A DNA stretch of 64,000 nt from Felis catus (Eukaryota). Each line of letters starts with the position of its first letter. Positions within the stretch are counted from its first letter, which is position 1. Under the pieces are notes generated by a model, which worked only from the letters and a program-made list of their open reading frames with translations, was not told the origin of the DNA and made no database searches. Below are positions 63,941 through 64,000 of the stretch, in pieces. The position numbers and the translations under genes are program-made. The stretch is from assembly GCF_018350175.1 (NCBI RefSeq), contig NC_058368.1:58778001-58842000 (forward strand), written 5' to 3'.

Positions 63941-64000
63941 AACTGGAGAGTGTGATGCTAAGTGAAATAAGCCATACAGAGAAAGACAGATACCATATGT
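63941..64000 (+). mobile_element. Start of a 5'-truncated feline L1 (ORF2 end / 3'UTR), running off the window
   Basis: aactggagagtgtgatgctaagtgaaataagccatacagagaaagacagataccatatg (ORF2 end LESVMLSEISHTEKDRYHM). Confidence 0.88.

Noticed and set aside
1..64000. CRISPR array, operon or other prokaryotic-type system
   Set aside because: The DNA is mammalian; repeated units are dispersed SINEs with TSDs, not regularly spaced repeats with spacers

Overview
AT-rich, CpG-poor mammalian genomic DNA, most likely from a felid (cat family), judged from about 36 tRNA-derived Can-SINE copies, four with young SINEC_Fc-type diagnostic bases. No recognisable cellular protein-coding exon, rRNA or true tRNA gene was found. 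The listed ORFs are SINE, microsatellite or L1 artefacts or have random composition, so the window reads as a gene desert or deep intron. Its content is mainly layered transposon history: Can-SINEs (many with target-site duplications, TSDs, including SINE-in-SINE insertions), carnivore L1 3' fragments, a decayed ERV-L (LTR plus pol, 17.6-20.4 kb), several solo LTRs, two Tigger-type DNA transposons (one clearly and one probably inserted into an LTR), and old L2/MIR/MER fragments. The best non-repeat leads are a compact promoter-like motif cluster at about 25.8 kb (which also folds as a two-hairpin H/ACA-like unit), an octamer/SOX/TCF enhancer-like block at about 30.0 kb, and two candidate small + strand exons (41 nt and 11 nt). 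I found no convincing new biological system. Repeat family names come from recalled consensus sequences, not database searches, and boundaries of old repeats are approximate.
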